Part shown: positions 13,301 to 25,551 of the stretch, piece by piece
How the letters are laid out: each line of letters starts with the position of its first letter
Numbering within the stretch: position 1 is the stretch's first letter
DNA from: Azolla caroliniana
Lineage: Eukaryota; Plantae; Polypodiophyta
Direction of reading: 5' to 3'
Length of the DNA stretch: 64,000 nucleotides
Assembly: GCA_043228905.1 (NCBI GenBank)
Contig: JBHGNT010000011.1
Span: forward strand, 8,556,001-8,620,000
The notes under the pieces: generated by a model
Database searches by the model: none
The model's input: the letters and a program-made list of their open reading frames with translations, nothing else
Told to the model about the DNA's origin: nothing
Program-made: the position numbers and the translations under genes

Positions 13301-16300
13301 AGATCAGATTGAATTATGCCCTCCATAGGGTTAATCATATGAAGTAATTCTTAGAGACCGGTCAGGATACTAACTAATGTTGACCTTTAGAAAGAAATTT
13401 TAGTGAATCATTCAACATTGTCAGGCTATAAGCACATCATTTGTTGCCCAGGGTCATGTCTGAAGAGATGTCTGCAAGAGAAGCAATGGAAATGTTATTG
13501 TAATTGTGATGCTATTGTTGATCGGGTAGGGTTGTTGCAACTCATTCATGAAAAATCCTTGGGAACATGAACTAAGATGCAGTCAGCTACTGCACTTTAC
13601 TCCACATTAGAGAAAAGGGAGTTCGGTTGGCACCCAGGTATCCAAAGTTTCAGTTTCAATGGCAGTTCTTGACTTAGTTCTAGTAATAAGGCCTATATAA
13701 TAACATCACAGGTTTTAATTATGATTTAAAATGAGAGAATATAACAGAACAGAGCAACAACTATCATACACATTAGACTATCAGCTATGAAGGGATTTAA
13801 CTTCTGCAATGTGTAGGAATTCAGTATTATCTTGACATGATTGGCGTGATCTTTGATGAAGAAGTTATGAGTTTTTTTATCTATCTAAATCTTCGTATCC
13901 ATGCCCTGCTTTTTTTCATTTTTTTGAAAAACGCCTCTATCTTTATCCATTGAAGTTCCTTCCTTCGTTGATTGTTATAATACTTGAATCCTTCATATTG
14001 AGCTTTATTCTTGGGCATCCTAGCATCCAACATACTTGCAACAATATTTTCTTTTGAATAAAAATTGATTTCGCAATTAGCTATGCATATTTGTAGAAAG
14101 AAATCCTTTTTTGTAAGTACTTTTCTTAAAAGGTTTCTTCTCTTTCAGTAAAGGAACATATGTGTTTTGGAACTCATGTAGTATGCATGCTATTATGCTG
14201 GTTGTATGCTATATCATTGTCTTTAGAAGGTGGATTTGAAAGTTTGATTAACGATGCATATTTTTAGGAAGAAATCCTTTTTTGCAAGTACTTTTCTTAG
14301 AAAGTTTCTTCTCTCTCAGCAAGGGAATTTACGTGCTTTTAGATAAACTTCTAATGTAGTACACAAGTGCACTCTTCTATAATAAATATTTGAAACTATT
14401 GTTTTTAGAATTTTATAATCAATCAATTTCAATTCTCTCATAGTCATTCACTCTTTGAGTGGCACACAAATATATAAAGTTCAGAAGCCCAACATATTTT
14501 ACGAGGATCTTGTAAATGCATCTGTAAATCAATCACTTGTTTCGTTTGCATAATCTCCTCAATATGTTTTCCACCAGCATTGATTTTCTTGCCCATGTAA
14601 CGTGCATTAGTGATGATTTATAAATCATACTGAAATGCAAGCCAAACCAATCAGTAACCATATTGAATGACCTCTGAGAAGAAAAAATCAACTTCATAAA
14701 AAGTTGAGAAGCAGAAAGAAATGCTAAGCCCACATATTCATGTTAAAGGAAAAGTAAAAGTTAAACAGAAATGTGTGCAGACACATTCCAGCTGACGTGC
14801 TTTTGGAAAGTGATTCAATGTCACAGATGGATTAACTGTTTTTTTAGGTCACTCCGGGGATTTGATCTGGTGAAAGATCAAGACACAGGCAACTCCAAAG
14901 GCTACGGATTTTGTGTTTATCAGGTAAAACCTAGGCCGCAACAATCATGTAGTAGTTAGTTGGTACAGTGAAGTGATAATATCTAGGGCGTGAGAATATG
15001 CATGCCGGAGCAAAGAGAGTGGTTATTTTGAATTGATTTACCCACTTACGATATGTCAGGATCCAGCTGTAACTGATGTGGCATGTGCAGCACTAAATGG
15101 ACTGAAAATGGGTGATAAAACGTTAACGGTTCGAAGAGCAACAGCCAGGTAAAGAATGTGCTGGATCCATTCAGCAGTGTAAAATGCAGACACACCTAAT
15201 ATGTAGACACATTTTTCACAGTGGGCAGCCAAAACCAGAACAAATGTTTGGTCTCCCACAATCACAGCAACAATTGACAATGCAGGTAGTCAATGTAACT
15301 TTCCTCAAGATTTAGGAACATGCTTTATCTCGGAGATGTAACCATTTTTCTCTCAAGCAATTCATTTGTGTACTATATGATTGCTAGAATTTGGCTATGC
15401 AAATGGGTGGAACAACAATGGCTCTGTCAGGGTATCCTGGTTTGATGACAGGATTCTCTGCTGGTTTGATGCCTGGAGTGACAACTGCGCATTTGTTATC
15501 CACTGAAAGTCCATCCAAGGTTATTTGCTTGAGTCAGGTATCTCTTTATTTAGTAATATATTATATTTATGTTGTCATATCTATGTGATGTTATAATAAC
15601 ACATATCTGCATGTTTGAATATGCACACATTATAAATTTGGAGAAACTCTGAAATACCCGCAAGTTTTTCTTTATTTCCAAATGACTTTGCCATGTGCAT
15701 TTGAGGTAATAATGAGAATTTAGGTCAGGTATCTCTTGATTCTGTAATGTATTAAATTTACATTGTCATATCTATGTAATATTATACTCACGTATATGCA
15801 TGTTTAAATATGCACACATTGTAAATTAGGAGAAACTTTGAAATACCCCGAGGCTTAGTCTTTATTTCCATGCGACTTAACAATGTGCACTTGAGGAAGT
15901 AATGAGAAGTCAGCGGCATTCTGGGATATACTGAGAAAGTTTTTCTTTATTTCCAAGGCGCTTAACCATGGGAATTTGAGGAATTAATGAGAACTCAGGT
16001 TGGGATATAAAAGAAAAGTTGGAACATTTCATAGTTTTTCTCTATAAAGTATGTATGGATTCTATCATATTGTGTACCGCAGTACGTAAAATCCATGTTC
16101 GTCTAGTATAACATTCGTTTTCCTATGTTGGAAAACGAATGCGAATGTTATCCAAACATTCTTGTGTTTTTTTTTTGTTTTTCCCCCATTTTTTTAATGT
16201 TTTTTTTGTTTTTTTTTTCATTTTTAGGCTTATCTACCTCATAATAAGTAGTTAATCCAAAAGAATGGTATTTATCATTCTTTGAGGGTATTTTTCTTTC

Positions 16301-19300
16301 GCGAATGCGAATGCACGTATGGTTCATACTATGTTGTGTACCATGCATGCATAGTTTGTGTTTCGGCCCTAAGCAAAACTTGGAAAAAACTCTAGACTAC
16401 CTCTAAGTTTTTCTTTACTTTCAAGGACTTAATTATAGGCATTTGAGGAAATAATGAGAATTGAGAGTCATCTAGGGATATACTATAAAATACCCCTAAG
16501 TTCTTTATTTTTGAGGGCTTATCTATGGGTGAAATAACGAGAACACATGCATTTCAGAGTTTTCCTATAAAATTTGTATGGATTCTATTACATAATGTAG
16601 CATGCATGCTTAGTTTGCGTTTCAGCCCCAAATAGAACCTAGAAACTAAAACGTGAATTTTGGAAAAAAGTCAAATTATTCTCTCACAACTCTCTTTTTT
16701 TTGTATCTTTATCTCTCTCTCCCAAAATGCAAGCTCCATTCAACATTCCATTTGATGTCGAAAATGGGAAGCATGATCTCTTACGTCATTTGATTACGCA
16801 AGAGATCAATCTTATTACAGAGGATATATATACAAAGAGCACTAAAAGAAGAAATGAAAAAAGAGATAGAGAAACAGAAAACAGAGTTGTATGTCTCTCT
16901 CAAGATTGAGTTATTAGAAGAGATGCGGAAAGACATAACAAGCCATGTCAAGAAATCAAACTTAGAGCTCAAGGATGACATGACACAATACCTTAAGGAT
17001 GAAATATTCTCAAATAAGGTTGAGTTAGTAGCTATAAAAGTTGATTTAGAAAAAAGGACAAGAAGCAGTAGAAAAATGCATCTCTACAGTTAAAACCAAT
17101 GTCAAAGGAAATACAAACATGGGCAGACATGGCCAAAGATGCCAAAGCTCAAGCTAAGCATGCCCAAAAAGAAATTAAAGCAAATGCTCCTTGGATAGAG
17201 GTAGTGAAAAAACAAAAAGGAACATCCATGGATAGGATGGCAATGATGAATCCTACATTAGAAGAGGAAGCCAAGAGGAAAGCTCGTGCGTTGCATGTAC
17301 GAGTGGTTGGTTGGGCCGAAAAAGGAAGCCCACAAGAAGATGCTAAGAATCTTGGAACAAAGATTGGGGCATCGGATGTTCCATTTGCTTTAGCGTGGAG
17401 GGTGGAAAGAGAGGAGTCTAGAGCTAAAGCCCTTATTATCCGCATCATGGATATTGACAATAAAAAAGCTTTCCTATCTAAAAGAAAGGTACTTAAGGGT
17501 GAGAAAATATACTTAGATAATGATCTCACTCCAGCCCAAGTGGCACACCGCAAAGAAAACATGCCATGAGCGCTTGATGCAAGAAAGGAAGGAAGAGGGG
17601 CTGTATATAGAGACGGTAAGGTCATTATTACAAAGAAGAGAACCACATGACGATATATGGCCTATGAGACCCTATGCGTGACTATATGGAATTGCAATGA
17701 CTCTCTATGGACACGTTGGATATTTTGAAGATACCTTCAAAAACACAATTATTGTTATGTATACAGAGACCCACCAGTGCATCGCTAGCAAACTCCTTGA
17801 GGTACAATGATGTAGATCGGAGTCAATATGTCGTCCCCAACCTCGAACACCAGGAAGCACTAGAGGTTCGGGAGGAGTGGCTGTGTTATACAAGGATATA
17901 GATGGGAGTCAATATGTCGTCCCCAGCCTCGGACACCAGTAAGCACTAGAGGTTCAGGAGGGATGCACGTTACATGTGGATGCCAATCAAAGAGGTGATC
18001 TTACGGAGTTATATATTGCAATCTGCTACTTTCCACCTGCCTACTCAAGGTTTGCACCTCTAGGTGAGTCACCATATCTATCATTATATGATCATATCAT
18101 AAGATTTGCTACAATGGGGGACATAATACTATTAGGAGACTTTAATGAAGGAACCAAGGATGAACAAACAACTATGTTTGACACCAATGAGGCTGTTTAT
18201 GGAGAAGTTATGGCAGAAGAGGTTGGTCTAAAGCGACAAGCTCAAGATATGAGTGTTACAATTGAATATGACAAACACTTTCTAGCCTTGGGAAATGTGC
18301 ATGGATTTGTGATATATAATGGATTGTCACAATGGCCTGGATCAGATGCTTTGACATGTTGGAACCCAAAAGGAGGTGCAAGCACAATCGATTATCTAAT
18401 GGGATCTCCATCTCTTATGCCTGAAATAAAAGAGTTCACTATTTCGGGTAGACCTATTGGCTTGGCAGCAGATCATGCATATCTACGTTTCGTGGTAAAG
18501 GATGGATGCACAAGGGATGTATATGCTAAGGAGAGTGGGCTGGCTAAGTATCAATTTACTCATGAGACAATTGATGTGTATAATTGTGGAGTATATGATG
18601 GCATGCTAGATTTGGATCCTTTCGCACCCCTTGATGAACTTACCCAAGGATTGTCAAAATCATTGCATAAAGCAGCCACAAATGCCTTTTCTCACACAAC
18701 GGCCAATCCCCCCAAACTTGGTAGAGTAATACAAAATAGTTGGTATGATGAGGAATGTTGTGATACAAGGAGATGCTTGCAGCGTGAAGTAACTCGGGGC
18801 ATTTATACACACAAACAAGTGAGAGCAACCTTCCAACGCCTCACGGAAGAAGAAGAGATCGTATTTAGCTAAATTTGAAGATCATTTGTATGCTTGTTTC
18901 TAGGATAAGAAAGTAAAAGAGCTTGGAAAATGTTTAATGAGAGGCAACCTACCACACAACCGACCTCACCTTAGGTGTGGCATGAATATGCAAAGGTCCT
19001 ATATGATATCCCAAGACAACCTCCTCTTCCCCACCCACATGGCTCATTCCCACATGCATCAACCTTTTTTACTCCACAAAATGTAAGAAATGCCATTGAT
19101 CGGTTACAATTTGGGAAGGCCTAGGATCATGATGGATTGGTGGGTGAGCACTTTATCTATGCCCGTGACACCTTGATCCCATTGCTAGCACACATCTTTA
19201 ATAGAGCCATGTATGAAGGTTTCCCTACTAGATGGACTCAGCATACCATTGTGCCAATCCTCAAGAGTGGAGACCCCATGATGCCAAGCAACTATAGGAC

Positions 19301-22300
19301 AATAATGATTGGCCATTACTTGGCTAAACTATATGGATTTATTCTAGAATGAGAATTGAGTATATGGGCAGAGCAGAATGGCTGCTGTTCAGCTGGACAG
19401 GCAGGCTTTCTGAAGGGGTTCACAACGTTGGACCACATATTGACCCTCTAGGCCCTTATTGAGGAGGGCAGAGTCCATAATAAGAGGATTTATTGCTGCT
19501 TTTATATTTACGGAATAATGTTTATTTTATTTTGACTTGTTCTCAAAGATGAGACAACACTTAAGATGTAATCTCTTGTTTGGTCTTATAGGCCATTTTG
19601 GCCTCTTAAAAGACGTTAATATATCTTTATTTCTTTCTTGCTTTCTGTATCCTCTGTAACCTCAATTTTAAAATGTCACTAATGTTAAATTGTCTCAAAA
19701 TGAATGGCTTGCACAATTCACCACATTTAAGCTCTTGTGATTTCCCTTGCCGCCCCAAGGCTGGATAGGAAATAGCAAATCTAACAGAAAAACTACAAAA
19801 GCAAATTTTATTCATCCAGATGAATAAAACATCCACAAATGTTTTGCAAGCTGGCATATTGATGAATATTGGAATGTGAATGTATAGAGGAAAAGAAAGA
19901 GACAGGAACTTATGAGTTCATATTGTAGTCAGCCGCATTGGATGCTCTCCAAATGAATGGAGAATTGCCTAGCATATTTGTTAAGGTCAAGTACTGAAAT
20001 ACTGGGAACATTATTGAGAGAAGTTGGCTGATGTGCAAGTTCAAATCTAGACAAAGATGCTAAAGCAACACCTACCATCACACCAATGTCCACACTCTCA
20101 CAGATTGACAATAGAAAGTGAGGGCCATGGTTACTAGAGTTTTAAGCATATCTCATTGTTACACTTGCCAAACCTGACTTCTGGCTACATGTAGATAAAC
20201 CTTTTTTTCTGGCTTTAGTCCTAGCTTTCCCCCATTAGTTCTGGGAAGAGGACTTAGTAAAGTCTTGTAGGTCCCATGTGTCATTTTGGCCCTCAACGTA
20301 TATAGTAGGAATTGATACTTCGATGCGAAGACATGCATGACCCCAAGTTGCATTGAAAGTATCCTCCCATTTATGAGGGGTAGGTTGGCACTTCATGATG
20401 AAAGAACACCATTTCCATTAACTCAGAGTCAAATTTCCAGTTGGTAGTGCCAATGTAATTTATTTCTCATTAGATTTCTTGTATCAGAGATCATGGTGGA
20501 TTGGTTATACTTTGTTCAATATGGGTATCTACGCAGATTGATATATACTTATTGGTGCTTTGCATGTTTATGACCAGACAGATCCTCCATCCAGAATGGA
20601 CAATGTTGGTTCTTACCATCAGTTAATTCTCCTTTAGATAAAAATGCGTGGACTTTTATCTCTTTCCTATTAGTGGCAAAGATACTTGCATTACCCTAGC
20701 CTTCGGTAGTTTCACTCATTGGATGATCAATATAACTATTGTTGAAACTTGAAGCATTCAAGCGTTTCTGGATATGCGAGCAGGATTTTGGCTAGTTTAT
20801 AATTACATCTATCTCTAAATTCTAGGATTTTGTTAATATAGTTCATTAAAGCTTAATATCTGAGAAAAAGCGATCCTTATTGTGAAGTCAGTTTTTGTTT
20901 GTAAGAAAAGATTGTTGCAAATACGTTGGATGCTAAGATTTCCAAGAGTAAAGCATGATATGAAAGGTTCAAGTATCATAACAATCAAAGGAATGAACTT
21001 GAAGGGATAAAGTTGGAGGTGTATTTCAAAAGTGTCAAAAAGTAGAAAAAAGCAAGGCGTGGACACTAAGATTTAGATAGATAAAAAAGCTCATAACTTG
21101 TTCATCCGATATTCAAATTTCGAAATAAAAGATGCATAGAAAAGTTGACAATGGAAGGTTTCCAAAAATATCTTGTATGAAAAATTTGGGAATATAAAGG
21201 AGAAATAGTGGTATAAAAAACGACTCATATAGACTAGCGTATATTTCTTAAAAAAAGCAAGAATAACGCAACCAGAACCCTAGAAATAGGAGGGAATTCT
21301 TTGCCATAGGGGAAGGAGGGAGGAGGAATAGGTCTACAAGAAATGAGAAGAGTCTTGGTAGAAGGAGCGAAGACGGGAAGTCTATTTTGGTTTAGAGTCA
21401 TAGAAAGAAAAAAAGTTCTATGTAGTTGAGGTTTTAGTTGGAGTCTAAGAAGTTTGTATTGTTCCCCTAATGTTGTAATATAACATTCCTTTTTCTTTCT
21501 TTTCTCTATCTCTCTTCATCATTTTTCGCCCTCCAAGGAGGGTAGATTCCTTTCGTATTGTTCGAAGCCAAGATGGCTTTTCAATTTGCTTTTGCAGGTG
21601 ATGGCATACAAGATGCTGGAACTTTTTTGGCCGCTTTTGATCACATGCAATGTCAATAGGGAAGATGACAAATATTGAGAAACTTCCTTTATTGGTGGCC
21701 CCTTTCTATGGAAGAGCAAGAAATTGGTATGAGTCCTTACAACCTAACCAACAAGTAAATTACCAACTGTTGGTGCAACAAACAAAGTATATTTGACTCT
21801 GTAATGCAATGAAAGTACGGGAGGAACTATTTCGCTTGCGAATGTCCTCCACACCAGAGTATACTGGTTACGAGAGGGAGTTTATTGACCTCTGGACTAT
21901 GTGGATTCGATTACGTGGTGGAACAGAGGATGAATGGTTTAAGATGTGAGACAATTTATGTGGAGACAGAAAATATTCTTACTTTGCTGTAGGTAAAATG
22001 TTCTGCAGAAAAGAGAGAGATGCCACAAAGGGGAATGTTTGGTTCCATGAAATAGCAAGGGTTGCGATTGAGGATTCTTATTATAGGAACTCAACATATC
22101 CTTGGGTGGTCCTACAATTGGGTTAGGATCATCATTTAACAATTTTCTGCTGAAAGAAATCATAATTCTTTTCTTTTGAAGTTCTTAAAACTTGTACTCT
22201 AGATTTTGTAATGGAGGGAGATTATAAAGTGCCTTTAAAATATCCAATTTGTGTGTATTGACAACTTTGTGTAGCTTAGTTTGACTGTACGCTAGTTTCA

Positions 22301-23724
22301 AACAAAATCTCTGAATTAACAAAATCTGACCTTTCATATCCTAAATGTATATCTTTACATTTATTGTACTTTAAAGGTCTTTTGTTTACTTAATTTTGTA
22401 GTTGATGTGATCAGATTTATCTATTTCTATCAATGGAAACTGTTTTGAAGTGGTTAAATCTGTTGCCTTATATGTGTCTTAGATAAGTCCTATGGATATG
22501 TATTATTATGTAAGTATAAAAAATACATTTGGAGGGTTGGGTAACTAGAGCCAATCCCAATGGGATACTTGTGGATGAGCAGGATTGTTTCTTCAAATTA
22601 ACTCTGCACACTGCAAATCACAATTTGCTTCAAACCAATGCACAAGCCTCTCCATCACGGGAGAATATTGGCAAATCTGATGGGACATGACTTAAAACTT
22701 AGGATATACATTTGTTAAAATTCTCTGGGGTTCAATTTGAGCTTAACCAATACCAAATGGTGTGAGGGAACTGGGATGACTGGCCCATGAACAGAGAGTG
22801 AGAATGGCAGTCGAGACTGCTAAACAATATATAAATATTTATGGCTTTGATAATGACAAAAAAGTTACAATTTCAATTTAAAAAAGATCTGAAGGTTGAA
22901 AATTTCTGTTAGGACCCTGCATCACATGCCTGACTTAGAAATCTCTTCCTAGGATGGTGACCTGGTTCCTAGAAATCTCTTCCTGCATTCCTGAGGGGTT
23001 TCTGGTTTCTATACTCAATTGGCAAATAACAGGATTCGAACCTGTATTTTCAAATTCACAATTTGATAATCTGACCATTAAGTCAGACCCATCTTTTGTA
23101 TGACTTATCATTTTGTTGTATGTGCAAAATTGTATTATTGAATGTCTGGTTGTTTGCAGGTAGTGAGAATAGAGGAGCTAAAAGAAGATGATGTATATGA
23201 AGAAATATATGATGACATGAAGGATGAGTGCCGGAAATATGGTGAGTTGCAGGTCCAAAGTTAGTTTCCCTTGTATTATTTTCAAACAGCAGTATATGTC
23301 TGTTAAAATTTTCACTCTTTATTACTGTTATCGTTTTCTCAGGTACCCTTGTAAACATAGTGATTCCTAGGCCAAGTCTAAATGAAGACGGTGGTGCTGG
23401 TGTAGGGAAGGTAATAAATGTGTTATTCTTGTCTGTCAGTTTTTTAATGAATGGATATTGGTTTGACATTGTGTTCTCTGATATGGTGTGATGATTCTGT
23501 GGTATGGAGCTGCCGCTTTCTCTTTCACATGATTCTGGATTTGTTTGACTAATTTAAATCTTCACATTTTTTTATATATTCTGCAGGTATTTTTGCATTA
23601 CAGTGATGAGAAAGGGGCTATCAAGGCAAAGGAGGTTCTAAATGGAAGGAAGTTTGGTGGTAACACTGTATTAGCTGTATATTATCCAGAAGATAAATTC
23701 TTGGCAGGGAAGTATGATAATTAG
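4389..23724 (+). CDS. U2AF65: Splicing factor U2AF large subunit (U2AF65), 18 coding exons
   Basis: Exons: 4389-4472, 6084-6295, 6442-6558, 8218-8288, 8408-8466, 8749-8793, 11770-11829, 12056-12116, 12212-12324, 12401-12516, 12603-12701, 14848-14923, 15060-15148, 15222-15285, 15388-15537, 23160-23241, 23343-23410, 23587-23724. The spliced frame gives an RS/RD-rich N-terminus, SGFDMAPP, ATRHARRVYVGGLPP, KKFAFVEMRTVEEASNAMALDGI (RRM1), DRVFVGGLPY and GNSKGYGFCVYQD (RRM2), and a UHM/RRM3 ending LNGRKFGGN...YYPEDKF. All introns are GT-AG except intron 5 (GC-AG). Confidence 0.93.
6843..7290 (-). repeat. Tandem array of ~90-bp units (about 4-5 copies), matching the LINE 3' end in antisense, in U2AF65 intron 3
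   Basis: Repeated unit AAAGAAAGATATATTAATGTCTTTTAAGAGGCCAAAATGGCCTATAAGACCAAACAAGAGATTACATC. Its reverse complement occurs at ~19520-19645. Confidence 0.85.
8832..11727 (-). mobile_element. Internally deleted Ty1/copia element in U2AF65 intron 6
   Basis: LTRs at 8832-9255 and 11278-11727 (TGT...ACA), TSD ATATG/ATATT, Met PBS TGGTATCAGAG at ~11265-11276. Broken gag, RT (MDVKTTFL, LYVDDMLI) and RNase H (ALSTTEAE, CDSQSAI); protease and integrase not found. Confidence 0.92.
15533..16010 (+). repeat. Tandem duplication of ~190 bp that copies the exon-15 donor site, followed by shorter degenerate subrepeats
   Basis: GTCAGGTATCTCTT...ATGCACACATT.TAAATT.GGAGAAACT.TGAAATACCC occurs at 15533 and again at 15724. 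Confidence 0.8.
16700..19645 (+). mobile_element. Degenerate non-LTR retrotransposon (LINE): ORF1, APE endonuclease, partial RT, 3' UTR with (CTTT)n tail
   Basis: ORF1-like coiled-coil fragments at 16727-17650 (EKIYLDNDLTPAQ). APE motifs CYFPP, ILLGDFN, STIDY, DH in 17976-18872. RT N-terminal motifs PSNYRTIMI, GQAGF and TLDHILTL at 19137-19510. The sequence then jumps to an AT-rich tail ending ATATCTTTATTTCTTTCTT. Confidence 0.88.
19650..21500 (-). repeat. Old degenerate dispersed repeat (unclassified retroelement-like), with a homologous piece in opposite orientation at ~13850-14060
   Basis: 20900-21106 is the approximate reverse complement of 13853-14060 (for example GATGAAGAAGTTATGAGTTTTTTTATCTATCTAAATCTT). 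The outer boundaries are uncertain. Confidence 0.5.
23021..23093 (-). pseudogene. Decayed organellar-type tRNA-His(GUG) copy in U2AF65 intron 15
   Basis: The minus strand has anticodon arm TCAAA-TTGTGAA-TTTGA, T arm ACAGG-TTCGAAT-CCTGT and 3' end TATTTGCCA. The acceptor stem and D stem are mismatched. Confidence 0.6.
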
Positions 23725-25551
23725 AACATTTTTCTAGAAATTTTGTTCATATAGGATTTCATAAAATTTTAGGTGGTGACTACTGCAGATATAGTGATCT
23801 GTTTTATAGGCTAATATTTTTGTCATGAACAAGAAGACAAGGAATGTCATCAAGGTGTCAAGTTCGTCTATGGTAGAGCATTGGAAGTACCTAGACTATA
23901 TTTTAGGGGCAGGAAGAGATTTATTTGAAGTTTCAATCATTTTGTTGGCAACATCATGTCAAGGGCCACACTAGGCTTTCTTTTGCCGTGTTAGGCAAAT
24001 CAAATGTAACTGGAAAGATGCTAGAGCTGACATTAGACTGGAAATAACATCTGTCAAGAGAAAACACACAAAACTGGTGTACAAGTGCTGAGGCTTAATG
24101 TCATCTCATTGTATAGAATGTTCTGTCATGTATTTTTTCCTAATCTGAAAAGTCAATATGAAACATAAAGCATAGCCATTGGCATAGATTAAATTGTAAA
24201 CAAATTTCTGAGTGCAAGAAGCTTGCTGAGATTCACAGAATGCATCTTTATTTTAATGTGAGGTGCAACAAGGTAACTTATGATTGAAAATTTGATGAAT
24301 TATGTGGGTCTTTTGTTGCTGTGGCTGGCATGCAAACACATTGTAATCTAATGAACACAAGTACCATTCCTTTGCAACAATTCTGAAACTAAGAGAAATA
24401 ATCAGCAGTGTTGCCTTTTTAAATGTGATTAAACAATACAATGTCTTGGTACCTTGACCTCGTTTTCTTGTTTGGTTCACATGTCTAAATCTTGCAAAAA
24501 AACTGTGTAACTGTCTTGTAAAAAGATCAAAACAGCATCTCAAATTTTTGAATTCATCAATGAGTTCACAATTTAAAATGTATATTTGATGATTATATAT
24601 TAGCATTTTGCAAATCATGAATTACCAAACCATGATCAAATAGTTGATACCATCTTTAAGGGTCAAGATCTTCAACACAACTTAAGCTTTTGAGTTGTTT
24701 CTAGGATGTACATTCATATCATGTTGATAACATGCCTCTATTAATTGCACAATGTGGTTGCAAAAATGCCGTATAACTAACACATGGACTTCAAGATTTT
24801 GAGTTATGTCTAGGATGTTCAAACCATTACACCGTTAAAACTGTGGTTTGGATGGATGAAAGTTGATGAAACCACCAACCAACCAAATTTGCCCAAAACC
24901 TACTTTTACTTACTTTGCTGGTGCTGCTACGCTTAGCTAGGGCTACTACTACCTTTCGCTTTCTCTGCTTTTGAGCTTCCACGCTACATTCAATCCCATC
25001 TCCCTCCCTCTGCGTTTCTTCGAGCAGAGCTCCCTATATTTATCGTTTCTCTCTGTAAGTCTCTCTCTCTCCCTCTCTCTCTCTCTCTCTCCACGTCTGC
25101 CGCATCGTTAGGCTGGATTTGTTTGACTTGCGTAACATCTGTATTCAGATACAGAGTGAACTTTTGAATCCGCTTGCGTCGCAGAGATTTTTCTACTCCT
25201 CTTGAAAAAGAATCTGGATGCATGAAAATATTCAGAAAGGCAATGCAACTCTTCCTTAGTTAGAATGACAAGGAAGAATTGATGAATCTAAGCTTTTTGG
25301 CAATTCAATACTTGAGGCATCTCTTTAAGCTCTACTTTTCTCGCTTTGAGACAAAGAATGCCCGAATTAATAATGTGGTTTATTATTATATATCTTTCAA
25401 AATCGATAGCGAAGTTAGACATTTTTCACTGAAGCTTTAATCACCAAACTGTGTCTTTTATTACCATCATTGCGATATCTATTCCATCATTGAAACGATG
25501 CTGTTTAGTTTAATCTCTTAGGAAAGCTGTTAAAAACTTGTTGCTTGGAGG

